Positions 1-13,132 of a stretch of 52,142 nt of DNA are shown here, piece by piece. Source of the stretch: Schmidtea nova (Eukaryota). Numbering within the stretch: position 1 is the first letter of the stretch; each line of letters starts with the position of its first letter. The stretch covers positions 610,835,859 to 610,888,000 of the forward strand of contig CM097882.1 in NCBI GenBank assembly GCA_044892505.1, read 5' to 3'. The translations under genes were made by a program, and so were the position numbers. The notes under the pieces are model-generated. The model ran no database searches. It saw only the letters and a list, made by a program, of their open reading frames with translations, and had not been told where the DNA came from.

Positions 1-1973
1 AATCGTTTTGTTTCAGCGCAAGATGGATACTCACAGCAATTGCAGAGCGACCCTAACATCCTCATTAAGTATTTATTGAGTGAGATTGTGCCAACCAAAT
101 TCTATGAGGAAATCTAATTAACTAGCCGTTACTTGTACTAATTTGCCATATCATGCTCACCGTTCCCGCCACTGCCACCGCAAGCGCAGCCGCCAGCCTC
201 CCCATGACAACCAGCAGCACAATTATATCCATTGCTCCCAAATAGCGCAACTGGCAGAAACAAGAAGTTCTGCTCTCTCCCCGGTGAAGAAAGAAAGAAA
301 TGAGCCGGTACCTCCATCTGCGTAATAAGCTAATTACCCTAATGGCCGCTGAAATATTGATGAGGTAGATAGGACGCGCAGGAGAATGGAAAGTTAAGAC
401 TGGGCAAGGCAATGTCTTGTGGGAAATACAACTAAAACGGTGTCTTAATATCCTATTCACAATATTGTCATTGCATCGAGCATAAGAAACAGATAAAGAT
501 GAAATGGACAAAAGTGGGGAATTTGATAGAGCAGCCAATAAGTTGTCGCTGTTGAATCGCGCTTCTAAATGGGATAAAATATTTCCGTTGATCGCCCCAG
601 CCTGATGCTGTCAGCCCCCCCCCGCCCCTGCGCCCCTCTCCCCATTGCCATTGTCCGTGGGAACAAGCTCAAACATTTCATGCTGGTTTTGACAAATGAG
701 GCCTTGACTTAGTGATATTCATTTCCCAGTTTTGTCATGTTTATGGCTGTATGGGTCACGGTGGCCAATCGGAGGCAATCAGGGGTCTGTTGATGAGGTT
801 GGGCACCCTGTGCGGTTATGGCACTGTCACTGAGCCTTCACCTTGTCCCCCACATTTATTCGGGCCCCTGATTCCTTATATCACGCACTGCAGCAATCGC
901 ACGGCACAGTTACTATGATTTCTATATCAATTTTTCAAAACTTTTTAAATGATTTAATTTTGAAAAATTATTATATAATAATTNNNNNNNNNNNNNNNNN
1001 NNNNNNNNNNNNNNNNNNNNNNNNNNNNNNNNNNNNNNNNNNNNNNNNNNNNNNNNNNNNNNNNNNNNNNNNNNNNNNNNNNNNNNNNNNNNNNNNNNNN
1101 NNNNNNNNNNNNNNNNNNNNNNNNNNNNNNNNNNNNNNNNNNNNNNNNNNNNNNNNNNNNNNNNNNNNNNNNNNNNNNNNNNNNNNNNNNNNNNNNNNNN
1201 NNNNNNNNNNNNNNNNNNNNNNNNNNNNNNNNNNNNNNNNNNNNNNNNNNNNNNNNNNNNNNNNNNNNNNNNNNNNNNNNNNNNNNNNNNNNNNNNNNNN
1301 NNNNNNNNNNNNNNNNNNNNNNNNNNNNNNNNNNNNNNNNNNNNNNNNNNNNNNNNNNNNNNNNNNNNNNNNNNNNNNNNNNNNNNNNNNNNNNNNNNNN
1401 NNNNNNNNNNNNAAGCAGCATTAAGTATTAAATTAATTAATAAATAAGTAACAAAATAAGCCTTTGCTGCAAAAATATAATTTTATTAAATGAGAAAATT
1501 TTCGATTATCAAATAATCCTCGTCAATCTCTAATTCGGCAAATAACTGGTATCTTCATTCATTCTGTTGTTTCTTTTTTCGTGATTTCTCTTCCTTTTCA
1601 TTGGATGTTAATCTGATTAATAAATTTTTTAAATTCTTAATTGTTTTTTTTAAATGTTTATTTTGTTAAAAATTTAAAAATATAAAATAAAAACTCCAAA
1701 ATTTTTAAAAAATTTTTCTAAATTTCTTTTCGAATAAATAGATTTATCCTTTTTTTTAAATTTAAAATTTTTAAAATTTTTATTGCTTGCATTCTACATT
1801 TTTAATTTTCTAACCCTTAATATTTGATTTAATTTTTTTATAAATTTACAATTTAATTATATTATATCTCTTTGAAAAGCCCATAAATTCTCTGCACTAT
1901 TACTTTTCTTTCTCCATTTTATTCTATCTTCCTTTTACTTTTATACCTTCTTATTTGTAGAACTACATGTTTT

Positions 1974-2318
1974 TTAACAAGATAGTAAGTGGGCGATTTC
2001 GCTAATTTCCTCCTTAGAGTTAATTTTTGGGTGTTTGTCTCTAATGAGAATAGCTTCTTTAAGTCTGAGATTTTTTTCGTCGTTTTCGTTGGTCAATATT
2101 CTCACTGATATTAATTTTTCCTTATTTTCTGTCTGACATTGGTGGAGATGTCTATATACAGATGACTTTCCACCAGGATCAAGATGTTCTTTAATTCTCT
2201 GATGCAAAGTCCGAAGGGTGCTTCCGATGTAAATTCCTACGCATTTATTACACATGATGCTATAGACAATGTGCTTGCGAAAGCATAATTTCTTTGGTGT
2301 TTGGCAATTTTCCCACAA
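1974..2318 (-). mobile_element. Penelope-like element, GIY-YIG endonuclease C-terminal fragment (5'-truncated)
   Basis: ORF contains VYSIMCNKC-x3-YIGST-x-R-x-L-x2-R-x-KEH, then SSVYRH and LRLKEAILI-x4-P-x-IN, the typical Penelope GIY-YIG layout. An in-frame stop lies just upstream and no RT is visible. Confidence 0.85.
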
Positions 2319-2380
2319 CGTAGTGCTTCATACGCCATGAATGTGCCGGCAAGAAATCGTCATAAACACTATGATCGAAT

Positions 2381-3480
2381 TTAATTATGAAAGTGTACGG
2401 AAATATTGTGAAATGTATGTTCAAGTAAAAATCTTTCAAACCTATTACTGGATAAAATTGAAACATTGTGATAATGTAATCGATCAAAGATCATAATGGG
2501 TTATGTTAATGAATAATGTTGATTGTAACAATAATAATTATGTGTGAGTAATAAGCTTTGGCAGATAAAAACCATCACAGAAGAGGTTCTGCTAGAAAGA
2601 TTCTTCTACTGGATAAAATTGATGAAAAATGTAAAATAAATGGTTTATTAGTCTTTGTATTTATCCAAAACAAATTTAAAAATTCATTAAAATATAAAAA
2701 ATAAATTAATAAAAATATGAATTATTTAGAAAATATATATCAAATTTAAAATATTTAAGAAATATTAAATTAATTTGTTTAAATTAATTGTTTGCACAAA
2801 GTAAAAAGTATTTAAATTATTACAAATTATTTACAGAAATTTAATAATTATTAAATTAATTTTCAAAATTTAATCAAATTAATTAAATTTAATCAATACT
2901 TACATTGAACATTCCTCACCACATCAAATATAAATCCATCATTCATAATATTTTCATTACTAAGACGCATAATTTGAACGTAAATTTACTTATTCATATT
3001 TGCATCGTCTAAATTAATATATAAATAAATCAATAATTAAAAATATTTTCCAATTTTATTCTCTATTAATTCCTCTATTAATTCAAAGAGATTGAAATAT
3101 TCTCACTTGTATTTACTAAATTAATATAATAATAGAAAATAAAATATACCATTTTCTTTGTCATTTGGTTCATTCATAAAATTAATTTTCATTGAGCTCA
3201 TTTCTAAAGTTTCGCATATGTTAAAAGTGAATAATGAACCGTTCTAGCAGAACCTCTTTTGTGATGGTTTTTATCTGCCAAAGCTTATTACTCCCACATA
3301 TAGTTATTATTGTTACAATCAACATTATTCATTACCATAACCCATTATGATCTTTAATCAATTACATTATCACAATGTTTCAATTTTAGCCAGTCACAGA
3401 GACAAATTGTGATATGTTTGAAAGATTCTTACTTGAACATTCATTTCACAATATTTCCGCACACTTTCATAATATTTTAA
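2381..3480. repeat. Fold-back/MITE-like element with ~220-bp imperfect inverted arms (about 2381-2597 and 3242-3480) around an AT-rich spacer
   Basis: 2447-2597 (actggataaaattgaaacattg...accatcacagaagaggttctgctagaa) is the reverse complement of 3242-3392. The match continues outward (cggaaatattgtgaaatg / catttcacaatatttccg). Confidence 0.8.
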
Positions 3481-4400
3481 TGATAATTTCTGATGGGTGT
3501 GTGATGATTTTCTATGTATTTTTGATGATTTTCTTTGTATTTTCTTTGTTTTCTATGTGTTTTCTGTGTTTTCTATGTCATTTTGTGATGATAATTCATG
3601 CATGTAATGATATTTTGTATGTGTGGTAAAGTTTTATGTTTTTCTGATATTTTGTGTGTGTACTTTTGAGGATTTTTGGTGTATTTTCAATGTTAGGACA
3701 CTAAAGTATGATGACATTTTGTGATGATATTTCATATGTGATGATATTTTGTGTGTGTGATGGATTTTTGTGAAATTTTGATATTTTATGTGTGATGAAT
3801 TTCTATGTATTCTTGAGATATTTTGTGTATCTTTGTTTATTTTCCATATTTTTTTGATATTTTGTATATGTTTGATGTATTTTGTGTGTATGTGATGAAT
3901 TTCTATGTATTCTTGATATTTTGTTTGTAATTCTTGATAATTTTCTAAATATTTCTGATATTTTGTGTGTACTTTTGATAATTTTTGGTGTATTTTCAAT
4001 GTTAGTGCACTAAAGTATGATGACATTTTGTGATGATATTTCATATATGTGATGATATTTTGTATGTGTGATGAATTTCTATGTATTTTTGATATTTTAT
4101 GTGTCATGAATTTCGATTTATTCATCACATTTTGTGATTATATTTTGTAAGTGTGTGTTTATTTTTTATGTATATGATGATATTTGTTCTGTGTATTTCA
4201 TGTATGTAATGATATTTCATGTATGTAATGATATTTCATGTATGTAATGATATTTCATGTATGTAATGATATTTCATGTGAGTTTTGCACTATAATGTGA
4301 TTATAATTTGTGTGTGTGTATCATAAAGTTCTATATATATTGTGTGTGTTTGTACTATACTGTATAAAATATTTTGTATGTAATGATTTCTATATTATGA
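3480..4400. repeat. TG-rich low-complexity region with a ~310-bp-period internal duplication and a 19-bp tandem (tatttcatgtatgtaatga x4.5, 4194-4279)
   Basis: The segment at ~3648-3790 recurs at ~3959-4095. The 19-mer was read directly. Confidence 0.75.
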
Positions 4401-5834
4401 TAATTTATCACGTGTATTTACCCACCCAGTCTCGTGTGATGCTTTTTGTCATTTATTTATCATAGTGACAGAACCTTCGTAGCAGCATCTTTGGTAGTAT
4501 AACTCTTTTTGTGATGAACTTTGAGCCCAAAATCTTTCTACTTGAACATATTTTTAATAACAAATATACTTTTTCTAAAAGAAAATTGATAATTTTGTAC
4601 TATAAATTGATATTATAAACCTTGATAGCAGCACATTTGGTAACATAACCCATTTGTGATGGTTTTTGAGCTTAAAAGCTATTTCAAACCAATGTATGAT
4701 CACATGAATTTCACTATATTTGATAATGATCATGATGAAAAGGCTACATTAATAAAAATGTTCATGTTACCCAGTAAAATATCATTTTAACACATATCAA
4801 ATAAGATAATGTTTACTCTGATTTGCTTCAACAAATGTAATTCGTTTACCTGACTAACAAAGTTAATGAGTACCAGAACCCTAGTAGCAGAATCTTGGTG
4901 ATTAAAGACCCAACTAAATGTTTTATGCACATTTATTCAATATTTTATCAAATTATATCTAGTAATTAAATATGTATAAATAAATTCCATTTGTTATTCA
5001 TTTATGTCAAATTTAACATCAAATGATAAATTTTAATTATTTTCATTTTAAGTTTGATTTTTAGAAAACTCATGAAAATTTTTATATTCAAGAGCTTTAT
5101 CAATTAAAAGAATATATTGGGCTCCAGAAATTATATCATTTCGAATATGGATGTCAACTGGGATCGAACTTATGTACATACCGATGTAAAAGCTGCATTG
5201 ATCTGTTGACGACTTATCATTTTGAGGAAGGAGTTGGGAAAAAATCTTTTCACATGTAATGTGGATAATTAATAAATCAGTCAATTTGTCTTTTTTATTA
5301 AAGTTTTTTGTTAAAAATATTTCACTGGTCAGTGTTTAATTTTAAAATTTCGGGATATTAGTATAACAATTTGCATGCAATATGTGCACAACAAACATGA
5401 AATGACTCACATAGGTATGCACTTCAACAAATGCATATAATGAATAATTCACACATGTCTCATACAGGTCACAATCATTTATCGTATACACCCACCATGT
5501 ATCCTTCTTAACTGTAACCTTGCATTATAATTATCTGAAATATTTTAGAAAATAAAAATGTCAACAGTTACAACTTGTATTTGTGATTGTGTGCAATTTA
5601 TTGCATAAACTTCATTGATATATTCAAAAAATCAGTTTTTGACATCAATTGTTGTCAAATACCGCTAAAAAACGACAAAATGTTTACTAAAAATAAGCAC
5701 AAAAACCCTAAACAGGTATGTTTTCACTAAGAAATCTCTCTTATTTACACATAAATTACTTAATAAATTACCTGACAGTTACGAATCCATCCATTAAACT
5801 TTATACTATAACTGTGATATACCCCATGATTATT

Positions 5835-6180
5835 CTATCAGTTTTGACCCATCGCATTCCATGTTATAAGATAGCGCCATTTAACTATCAGCTTTGACCC
5901 ATCACATCCCAAAATAGCGTCATTCGCCTATCCGTTTTCACCCATCGCATCTCATGTAAAAAATGGCGCCATTCGCTTATCCACTTTGACCCGTACGGTT
6001 ACTAAATCCCAATGTTTAATAAAACACACATGTATGTTAATTTGTATATAAAATAATAACCCACTAATAATAAAATAATAATCCCACCCATTAAAATTCA
6101 ACAAGTACTTATATGTCGATATAATCTTTGACCCATCGAAGTCCATGTAATAAGATGCCGCCATCAACTTTGATACACGT
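5835..6180. repeat. Degenerate ~50-bp minisatellite with core tttgacccatcgca
   Basis: The core recurs near 5843, 5894, 5936, 5982 and 6128, followed by similar atagcgccat/atggcgccat tails. Confidence 0.5.
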
Positions 6181-6409
6181 GGTTCCCAAATTCCAATGTT
6201 TGATAAAACACATAAATATATCCATTTGGTCGCAAGATTTACATACTCCGACATGTTTAACTGTATTTAATTAGTCATTCAAGAACCATTTTTATTAAAA
6301 GTTCAATAAAAAACTCCTATTTTTTCATCAAAATTAGACAGTTCAACTAAATCTAAAATTAAATTAATATTTATTAAAACTCTTAAATAAAATCTTAATA
6401 TAAGTTAGA

Positions 6410-6528
6410 TTACAAATTATTAAATAAAAATTTTCAAAGTTATATTGCAAATTATAGTTTAAATAAAATTTTCAAAGTTATATTACAAATTATAGATTAA
6501 ATAAAATTTTCAAAGTTATATTATAATT
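6410..6528. repeat. ~38-bp tandem repeat x3 (acaaattata-g-ttaaataaaattttcaaagttatatt)
   Basis: Read directly from the sequence. Confidence 0.75.
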
Positions 6529-9524
6529 TACCTTTATTTGTAAGATTAATTTAGTTTTATCCCAATATTAAGTAAAGACTTTTTAAATAATAAATTAATT
6601 AAGTAAGTCTTTTTGTTTTATTATTTCAAATTAATTATTTTATTTTAGATAATATTCAAAATTAATAGTAAGAAATCTTTTAATTTTTAACTAATTTACT
6701 TTTTATTTAAATGTTTAGTTTTAAATGAAGTTGGATTAATGTAAATTTATTTTTAAATTATAATTATATTTTTAATTTAGATATGATGAAATGTTTAAAA
6801 TATGGAGAAACAGATGTAAAATTTGGTTATGTAAGTATTTTTATTTTAAAGTAATTAAATTAAAATAAAAAATGACCTTTGACCCCGAATATACAATGAA
6901 CTCGACCTCGAAACGACCTTGGCATCGATTACGTAATTATGATGTCATATCTGGTGTGTTGTGTAAAAAGCCCGAGAAATATTATATAATAACATGTGTG
7001 CTATGTAAACCAGAAATTGTATAATGATTACGTAATCATGTGTTCTACGTAAAGACCGGGTGATTATGTAATGTACACACAGAGGGATTGGCGCAGACTT
7101 GACATAGCCTCCTACTTGCCAAAATATCGTGTAATTAATAACAAAAATACCCAAAACATTGACCTATAGTCTTAAAATTATGTAAATTGTTGATATAAAT
7201 AAAAGGAAATCAAAGATAAAACCAAAAGATAATTACGATATTATTATTAGTATTACAATAGTTTTTCAAAAATATAAAAAATAAAAAGATTCTATGAAGA
7301 AAAGAAAGGAAAATTCAAATTACATGCAATTATTTATTAACAGACACAATGAGCGGTGAACAAAGCTCGCATTTATTTGTAAGATTTAGCGATTGAGTCA
7401 CCCCCAAAGTGAAGTCAAAGTGTCTGATATAATCAAAGATTTTGGTATATCACCATATTAGCTATATTATTGTAGCTTGATGCCATTTAAACTGTGTGAT
7501 TTTATGAGAATAATTAAGTCTGGCGCGTCATGGTTTTGTTTCAAAATAAAGATCATTCTCGATAGTCAACTAACAAATAATAAACTATCAACGTATACGA
7601 GACATACATGTTTCACATATAAATCAAGTATACGTCCACAAACATACTGCTATGTCGTAGGTTCTATGATTAAACTATGTATTTAATTATAATTGAAATA
7701 AAACTTTAGGAGGCTTCCCTTGTTCGTTGGATTACTGATATCCGCCACAATATCCGGCATTTAAAATAATATTTGGTTTAATTAAGGGTTGAAAACGGAA
7801 CCCACTCACCCTTATATGATTAAAAACGAAAAACAAATAAAATAGCTAATCTTCTTTACCTCTTGTTTTTACTGACTTTACATGAGTAATTTATATCTCA
7901 AATAAATTAATTTACTATTTCCAAAGGTATTTTTCCGGAATGTTGAATAAAATAATTTGTAATATACAATTATTAAAATTTAAGTTTAAATTAATTATTT
8001 ACGATGAAATGCGTTTATTTAAAAATATTTACAAAAATATTTCTAAAACATTTACCAAATTTAAATAAATATTACTAAATTTACTAAATAAATGTTGTTG
8101 AAATTATTTACTTCCCTTAAAATGCGAAAATTTAAAAGTAAATATACAAAATGTTTTGTAAACAAATTACTAAAAAATTTAATTAATAATACTAATAAAT
8201 GTTGTTTAAAATTTCTTATTTTCCTTAAAATGCAAAAATTTTAAATTGTTATTAAGAATGTAATTTAAAATTAATATTAAAAGTTCAATGTGTGGCCATG
8301 GTCGAGTGGAAATGGATGACGGGGTTTCTGATGTTTGTATTGTGGGAAATTTCAATAACATTATTATTCTTAGGGTCAGACCCTTGGCCTTTAAAGAATA
8401 AAAATATAAAGTTTTAATAATAGCAATATTTAATTACTTAAAATAGATTAAAAGAATAAATAATTACTATATATACAAAATTAAAGAAAACAATTACTAA
8501 AAATAGAATTAGGCTATTTTTGGTAATTATTAATAAAGCAATGGTAAAAAAAACCAATTTTAAATACTAAATATAGAATTATTATTTTGATTTAAGTATA
8601 TAAACCCAAGTAAAACAAAGGCAAAGGACGAAAGTTTGAGACGAAAATTTGAAGATACACTTGTGGACGATAAATCCTTGGACGGAAATTTGAGGACGAG
8701 AACTAACGAGTGACAAAGACGCAAAAGGTTTAAGAGTGAATTTAAAAAGGGCGATAGATTACTAGAGGAGAATTTGAACAGATTTAATTAACGGAAGTTA
8801 TTTGAAAATAATTGGAACAAAGAATTGATTAGTGATTATGACTATCACTTGTCGAAAATAGAAAGAATAATATGCGAGCGTTGCAAAAGAAGATTTAGGA
8901 GAATTAATTGTTTAAAAAGAAGCGAGATTATTTTTCATTTCAAAAACTTTTATTTGCGGATATCAAGAGAAGGATCAATTAGGAAGGATAATAACGATTA
9001 TTCGAAAATCGTCTGATAATAATTGCAAAGTAAAACGGGATTTTTCGAAAGCAAACGTTAATTACTTTTCATAGTATTAACCGTTTTCTAAATAAATAAA
9101 TAATAGTTTTAATTTTAAGAAGTACAGAGAAACAATTACCGTTTCACCACTACTCAGGTTGCCCCAAAATCACATTCTTGTTTGCCCTCTTTCTTTATTT
9201 GCGATAGTTGTTGCTACTCAGGGGCCAACTAATTCTTACAGGCTGGTAAAAACAGCATGACCAGTGAATCTATTCCTTTGTATTTTATCTTTCATAATTT
9301 GTAAAACACAACAACAGATTTTGTAAATTGTATTATCTAATTAAACATTAGAAAAAGTAATTTTCTTGGTGTTTATTGATTTATATAAGGACTAGCAACC
9401 GGCTAAATATAAACTATAATATTTACATATTATTATTTATAAAAAACAGTTTTATTTATAAATGGAGTCCCCCACTTTCGCTATTAACATTATTATTAGG
9501 GATGGGTTCTTAATAATTTCTTAA

Positions 9525-9713
9525 CCCCTTTACCGGTAAACCCGAGTTAACTCGTTTTATAGATTTAGTTAGTTAACTTTTATTCGTTATTAGTTGTTCG
9601 TTATTGTTGATAACGATGATTGAAAAAAAATTAAAAAATTAAATTTTTTTATAATCGCCAATAAAGTCGCCAATTAAGGGTCGATTTCAAAAATAAAGTT
9701 GACGGTAAAGGGG
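9525..9713. mobile_element. piggyBac-type MITE (189 bp)
   Basis: TTAA at 9521-9524 and 9714-9717 flanks perfect 11-bp TIRs CCCCTTTACCG / CGGTAAAGGGG. A TTAA target plus CCC-starting TIRs is the piggyBac signature. Confidence 0.8.
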
Positions 9714-9782
9714 TTAATAAGATATTCTTATTAATCTTCTAATCCCTTAAATGGACACAGAAAATATTAAAAGTCACAAGAA

Positions 9783-10790
9783 ATGAGCAAAGAAAAGCAT
9801 AACTTGGAATTATTTTCCTGAGATAGATGAACACGGTGCAAAATGTAATAATCAGCAGATTTGGCCATGCGAACAGCACGATCATCCACATAAAAACAAC
9901 CCCCTCAATTTAATGACAGAAAATGGGACTCCCATGCTTGCGGACATTGGGAAATGACACAGATTATTATATGCATTATGAATTTGTGAATCTTTACCAA
10001 TTAGAATGTTGGATCCAGAACATTTAGCTTATTTACTACATGAAATAAATCCCCATTTTACTTTACCACCAAGAAAAACATTAGCCACATTATATTACCA
10101 GCCGGCACAATAATATAAAATCATAAAGACAGATTTGGTGCATGGACATCCAGTAAATTGGAATCCTACACGAGGATGGCAGTCCGCTTTTTCGACGAAG
10201 AAATGCAAATAAAAATATTTTACTTGACATTTTATCCATTTCTGATCGGCATCCAACCGACAACCTGCCAGCGAGATACAATTTGGGAGGGCATAGATTG
10301 GGAATAGCTGCTAAGATGGTATCAGTAGTACACAATAGTTCAAGTAACATTATAAAGGTAATGGGAGCTGTTTCAGGGTCTGGTTGGCGATGCTTTGCTC
10401 CTTCATTGCAGTTATGTGTTAGCCACAGGGTACAAATCCTGCAAATACAACTCTGCTCGGGACTTTTCGAAAAATAATTGGCCATTCCAAACACAGCGCA
10501 ACAGCCTCGTCCCTTTTAGAAATTAAACAATTGTCCTTAAACTTGCCTGCCCACTCAGCCATTAAAGACGTAACAACAAGATGGAAGTCGACCTTGTATA
10601 TGCTAAAGCGTTTGATGAAACAGAAAAATGCAATTTATGCAATTTATGCAATTTATGCAGTTTAGCTGATCAACAATTTATCTGATCAAGATGATGACCT
10701 GCTAGAAGCAATGACAACCTTATTGATACCATCGGAGGAGCTACAACTGATCAACATTCAACCATGTCACTACCCTACCAGCAATGTCAC
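9783..10790 (+). pseudogene. Decayed hAT (Ac/ZBED1-like) transposase with BED zinc-finger start
   Basis: Segments in several frames: KKSITWNYF-x7-AKC (BED finger), LLHEINPHFTLPPRKTL, GIAAKMVSVVHNSSSNI-x-RCFAPSLQLCV, and KIIGHSKHS-x-LNLPAHSAIKDVTTRWKSTLYMLKRL-x2-QKNAI (DVxTRWNST motif). Multiple frameshifts and deletions. Confidence 0.85.
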
Positions 10791-10852
10791 AATTAGATAA
10801 TTTTGGTACGCTAAAATAGAAAAATATTAATAATAGTTTTATATTTATTTTG

Positions 10853-12382
10853 TTTGTAAACAAACGATGTCCGAAATAACACTTTTGTAAACAAAGGATG
10901 TCCGAAATAACACGTTTGTAAACAAAGGATGTCAAAAATAAAACGTTTGTAAACAAAGGATGTCCGAAATAACACGTTTGTAAACAAAGGATGTCCGAAA
11001 TAACACGTTTGTAAACAAAGGATGTCCGAAATAACACGTTTGTAAACAAAGGATGTCCGAAATAACATGTTTGTAAACAAAGGATGTCCGAAAAAACATG
11101 TTTGTAAACAAACGATGTCCGAAATAACACGTTTGTAAACAAAGGATGTCCGAAATAACACGTTTGTAAACAAAGGATGTCCGAAATAACACGTTTGTAA
11201 ACAAAGGATGTCCAAAATAACACGTTTGTAAACAAAGGATGTCCGAAATAACATGTTTGTAAACAAAGGATGTCCGAAATAACACGTTTGTAAACAAAGG
11301 ATGTCCGAAATAACACGTTTGTAAACAAAGGATGTCCGAAATAACATGTTTGTAAACAAAGGATGTCCAAAATAACACGTTTGTAAACAAAGGATGTCCG
11401 AAATAACACGTTTGTAAACAAAGGATGTCCGAATTAACACGTTTGTAAACAAAGGATGTCAAAATAACACGTTTGTAAACAAAGGATGTCCGAAATAACA
11501 TGTTTATAAACAAAGGATGTCCGAAATAACACGTTTGTAAACAAAGGATGTCCGAAATAACATGTTTGTAAACAAAGGATGTCCAAAATAACACGTTTGT
11601 AAACAAAGGATGTCCGAAATAACACGTTTGTAAACAAAGGATGTCCGAATTAACACGTTTGTAAACAAAGGATGTCCGAAATAACACGTTTGTAAACAAA
11701 GGATGTCCGAAATAACATGTTTGTAAACAAAGGATGTCCAAAATAACACGTTTGTAAACAAAGGATGTCCGAAATAACATGTTTGTAAACAAAGGATGTC
11801 CGAAATAACACGTTTGTAAACAAAGGATGTCCGAAATAACACGTTTGTAAACAAAGGATGTCCGAAATAACACGTTTGTAAACAAAGGATGTCCGAAATA
11901 ACACGTTTGTAAACAAAGGATGTCCGAAATAACACGTTTGTAAACAAAGGATGTCCGAAATAACATGTTTGTAAACAAAGGATGTCCAAAATAACACGTT
12001 TGTAAACAAAGGATGTCCGAAATAACACGTTTGTAAACAAAGGATGTCCGAAATAACATGTTTGTAAACAAAGGATGTCCAAAATAACACGTTTGTAAAC
12101 AAAGGATGTCCGAAATAACACGTTTGTAAACAAAGGATGTCCGAAATAACACGTTTGTAAACAAAGGATGTCCGAAATAACACGTTTGTAAACAAAGGAT
12201 GTCCGAAATAACATGTTTGTAAACAAAGGATGTCCAAAATAACACGTTTGTAAACAAAGGATGTCCGAAATAACACGTTTGTAAACAAAGGATGTCCGAA
12301 TTAACACGTTTGTAAACAAAGGATGTCCGAAATAACACGTTTGTAAACAAAGGATGTCCGAAATAACATGTTTGTAAACAAA
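10853..12382. repeat. Tandem array of a 31-bp unit (tttgtaaacaaaggatgtccgaaataacacg), about 49 copies
   Basis: Highly homogeneous array. The 31-aa period of the minus-strand ORFs equals 3 x 31 nt, so those ORFs are repeat artefacts. Confidence 0.97.
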
Positions 12383-12613
12383 ACTACTCTGGTTCATATA
12401 TTTGTTGGCGAAATACTCCTTTTCAGATCCTGAATCCAACAATCAAAGTTTATTGACAACAAATTTTTTAGTTTTGTTTTCATTATTTGTATTAGCTTTT
12501 TATGTAAATGTTTTAATTTATTAAACTTTTTATTAAATAAGAAAAAGTTTTGGTTTTAAAAAAAAGTATTTTAGTTATGAAAGTTTTGATTAAATGAGAA
12601 TAAGTAAGAATGT

Positions 12614-13132
12614 TGTCTTTGTTCATGTTGCACGTGTATTGCAAAGTCTTTGTTTAAGTTGCACGCGTGTTGCAAAGTCTTTGTCTTTGTATTTTGAATG
12701 TCTTTGTTCATGTTGCACGTGTATTGCATTGTCTTTGTTTAAGTTGCATGCGTGTTGCAAAGTTTTCGATGACTCATATTTGTGTTAAAAAAATTTGTGT
12801 TAAAAAAATTTGTGTTAAAAAAATTTGTGTTAAAAAAATTTGTGTGAAAAAAATTTGTGTTAAAAAAATTTGTGTTAAAAAAATTTGTTAAAAAAATTTG
12901 TGTTAAAAAAATTTGTGTTAAAAAAATTTGTGTTAAAAAAATTTGTGTTAAAAAAATTTGTGTTAAAAAAATTTGTGTTAAAAAAAAATTTGAAAAAAAT
13001 TTTTGGCGCGAAAAAAAAAATTTGAAAAAAAAAATTTACCCCCCCCCCGGTGGGGTCTCGAAAAAAAAGTTCTTTGTTTAAAGTTTTACGCCCACGCATT
13101 CCTTTGTCTTTGACTCCACACATCTACCTACT
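12614..13132 (-). mobile_element. Polinton/Maverick-like terminal repeat copy 1 (solo): ~28-bp subrepeats, 15-bp A-tract tandem (12778-12990), GC motifs, terminus CATCTACCTACT
   Basis: Reverse-complement homolog of 38955-39861 with the same module order. Similarity ends sharply at ...catctacctact(ca). The 5'-AG terminus (AGTAGGTAG) fits Polinton ends. The Polinton assignment is inference. Confidence 0.6.

Noticed and set aside
1-900. GC-richer start of the window with short ORFs
   Set aside because: No recognisable motif or consistent exon structure, so it is left unannotated.
843-1424. ORFs spanning N gaps (also 40282-40608 and 50527-50746)
   Set aside because: Their length comes from undetermined bases.
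3634-4128. 164-aa His/Lys/Ile-rich ORF
   Set aside because: Product of a duplicated TG-rich low-complexity tract.
8291-8391. tRNA-like sequence (A-box-like TGGTCGAGTGG and a weak T-arm)
   Set aside because: No GTTCRA B-box and no convincing anticodon arm. At best a decayed tRNA-derived fragment.
10853-12382. CRISPR-like array
   Set aside because: Head-to-tail repeats with no unique spacers, no cas genes, and a eukaryotic context.
10741-12442. Six long minus-strand ORFs (up to 472 aa) with FTNVLFRTSF repeats
   Set aside because: These are translations of the 31-bp array. All three frames give the same 31-aa cycle.
12594-13123. KKICV / TNFFN repeat ORFs
   Set aside because: Translations of the 15-bp and 28-bp subrepeats.
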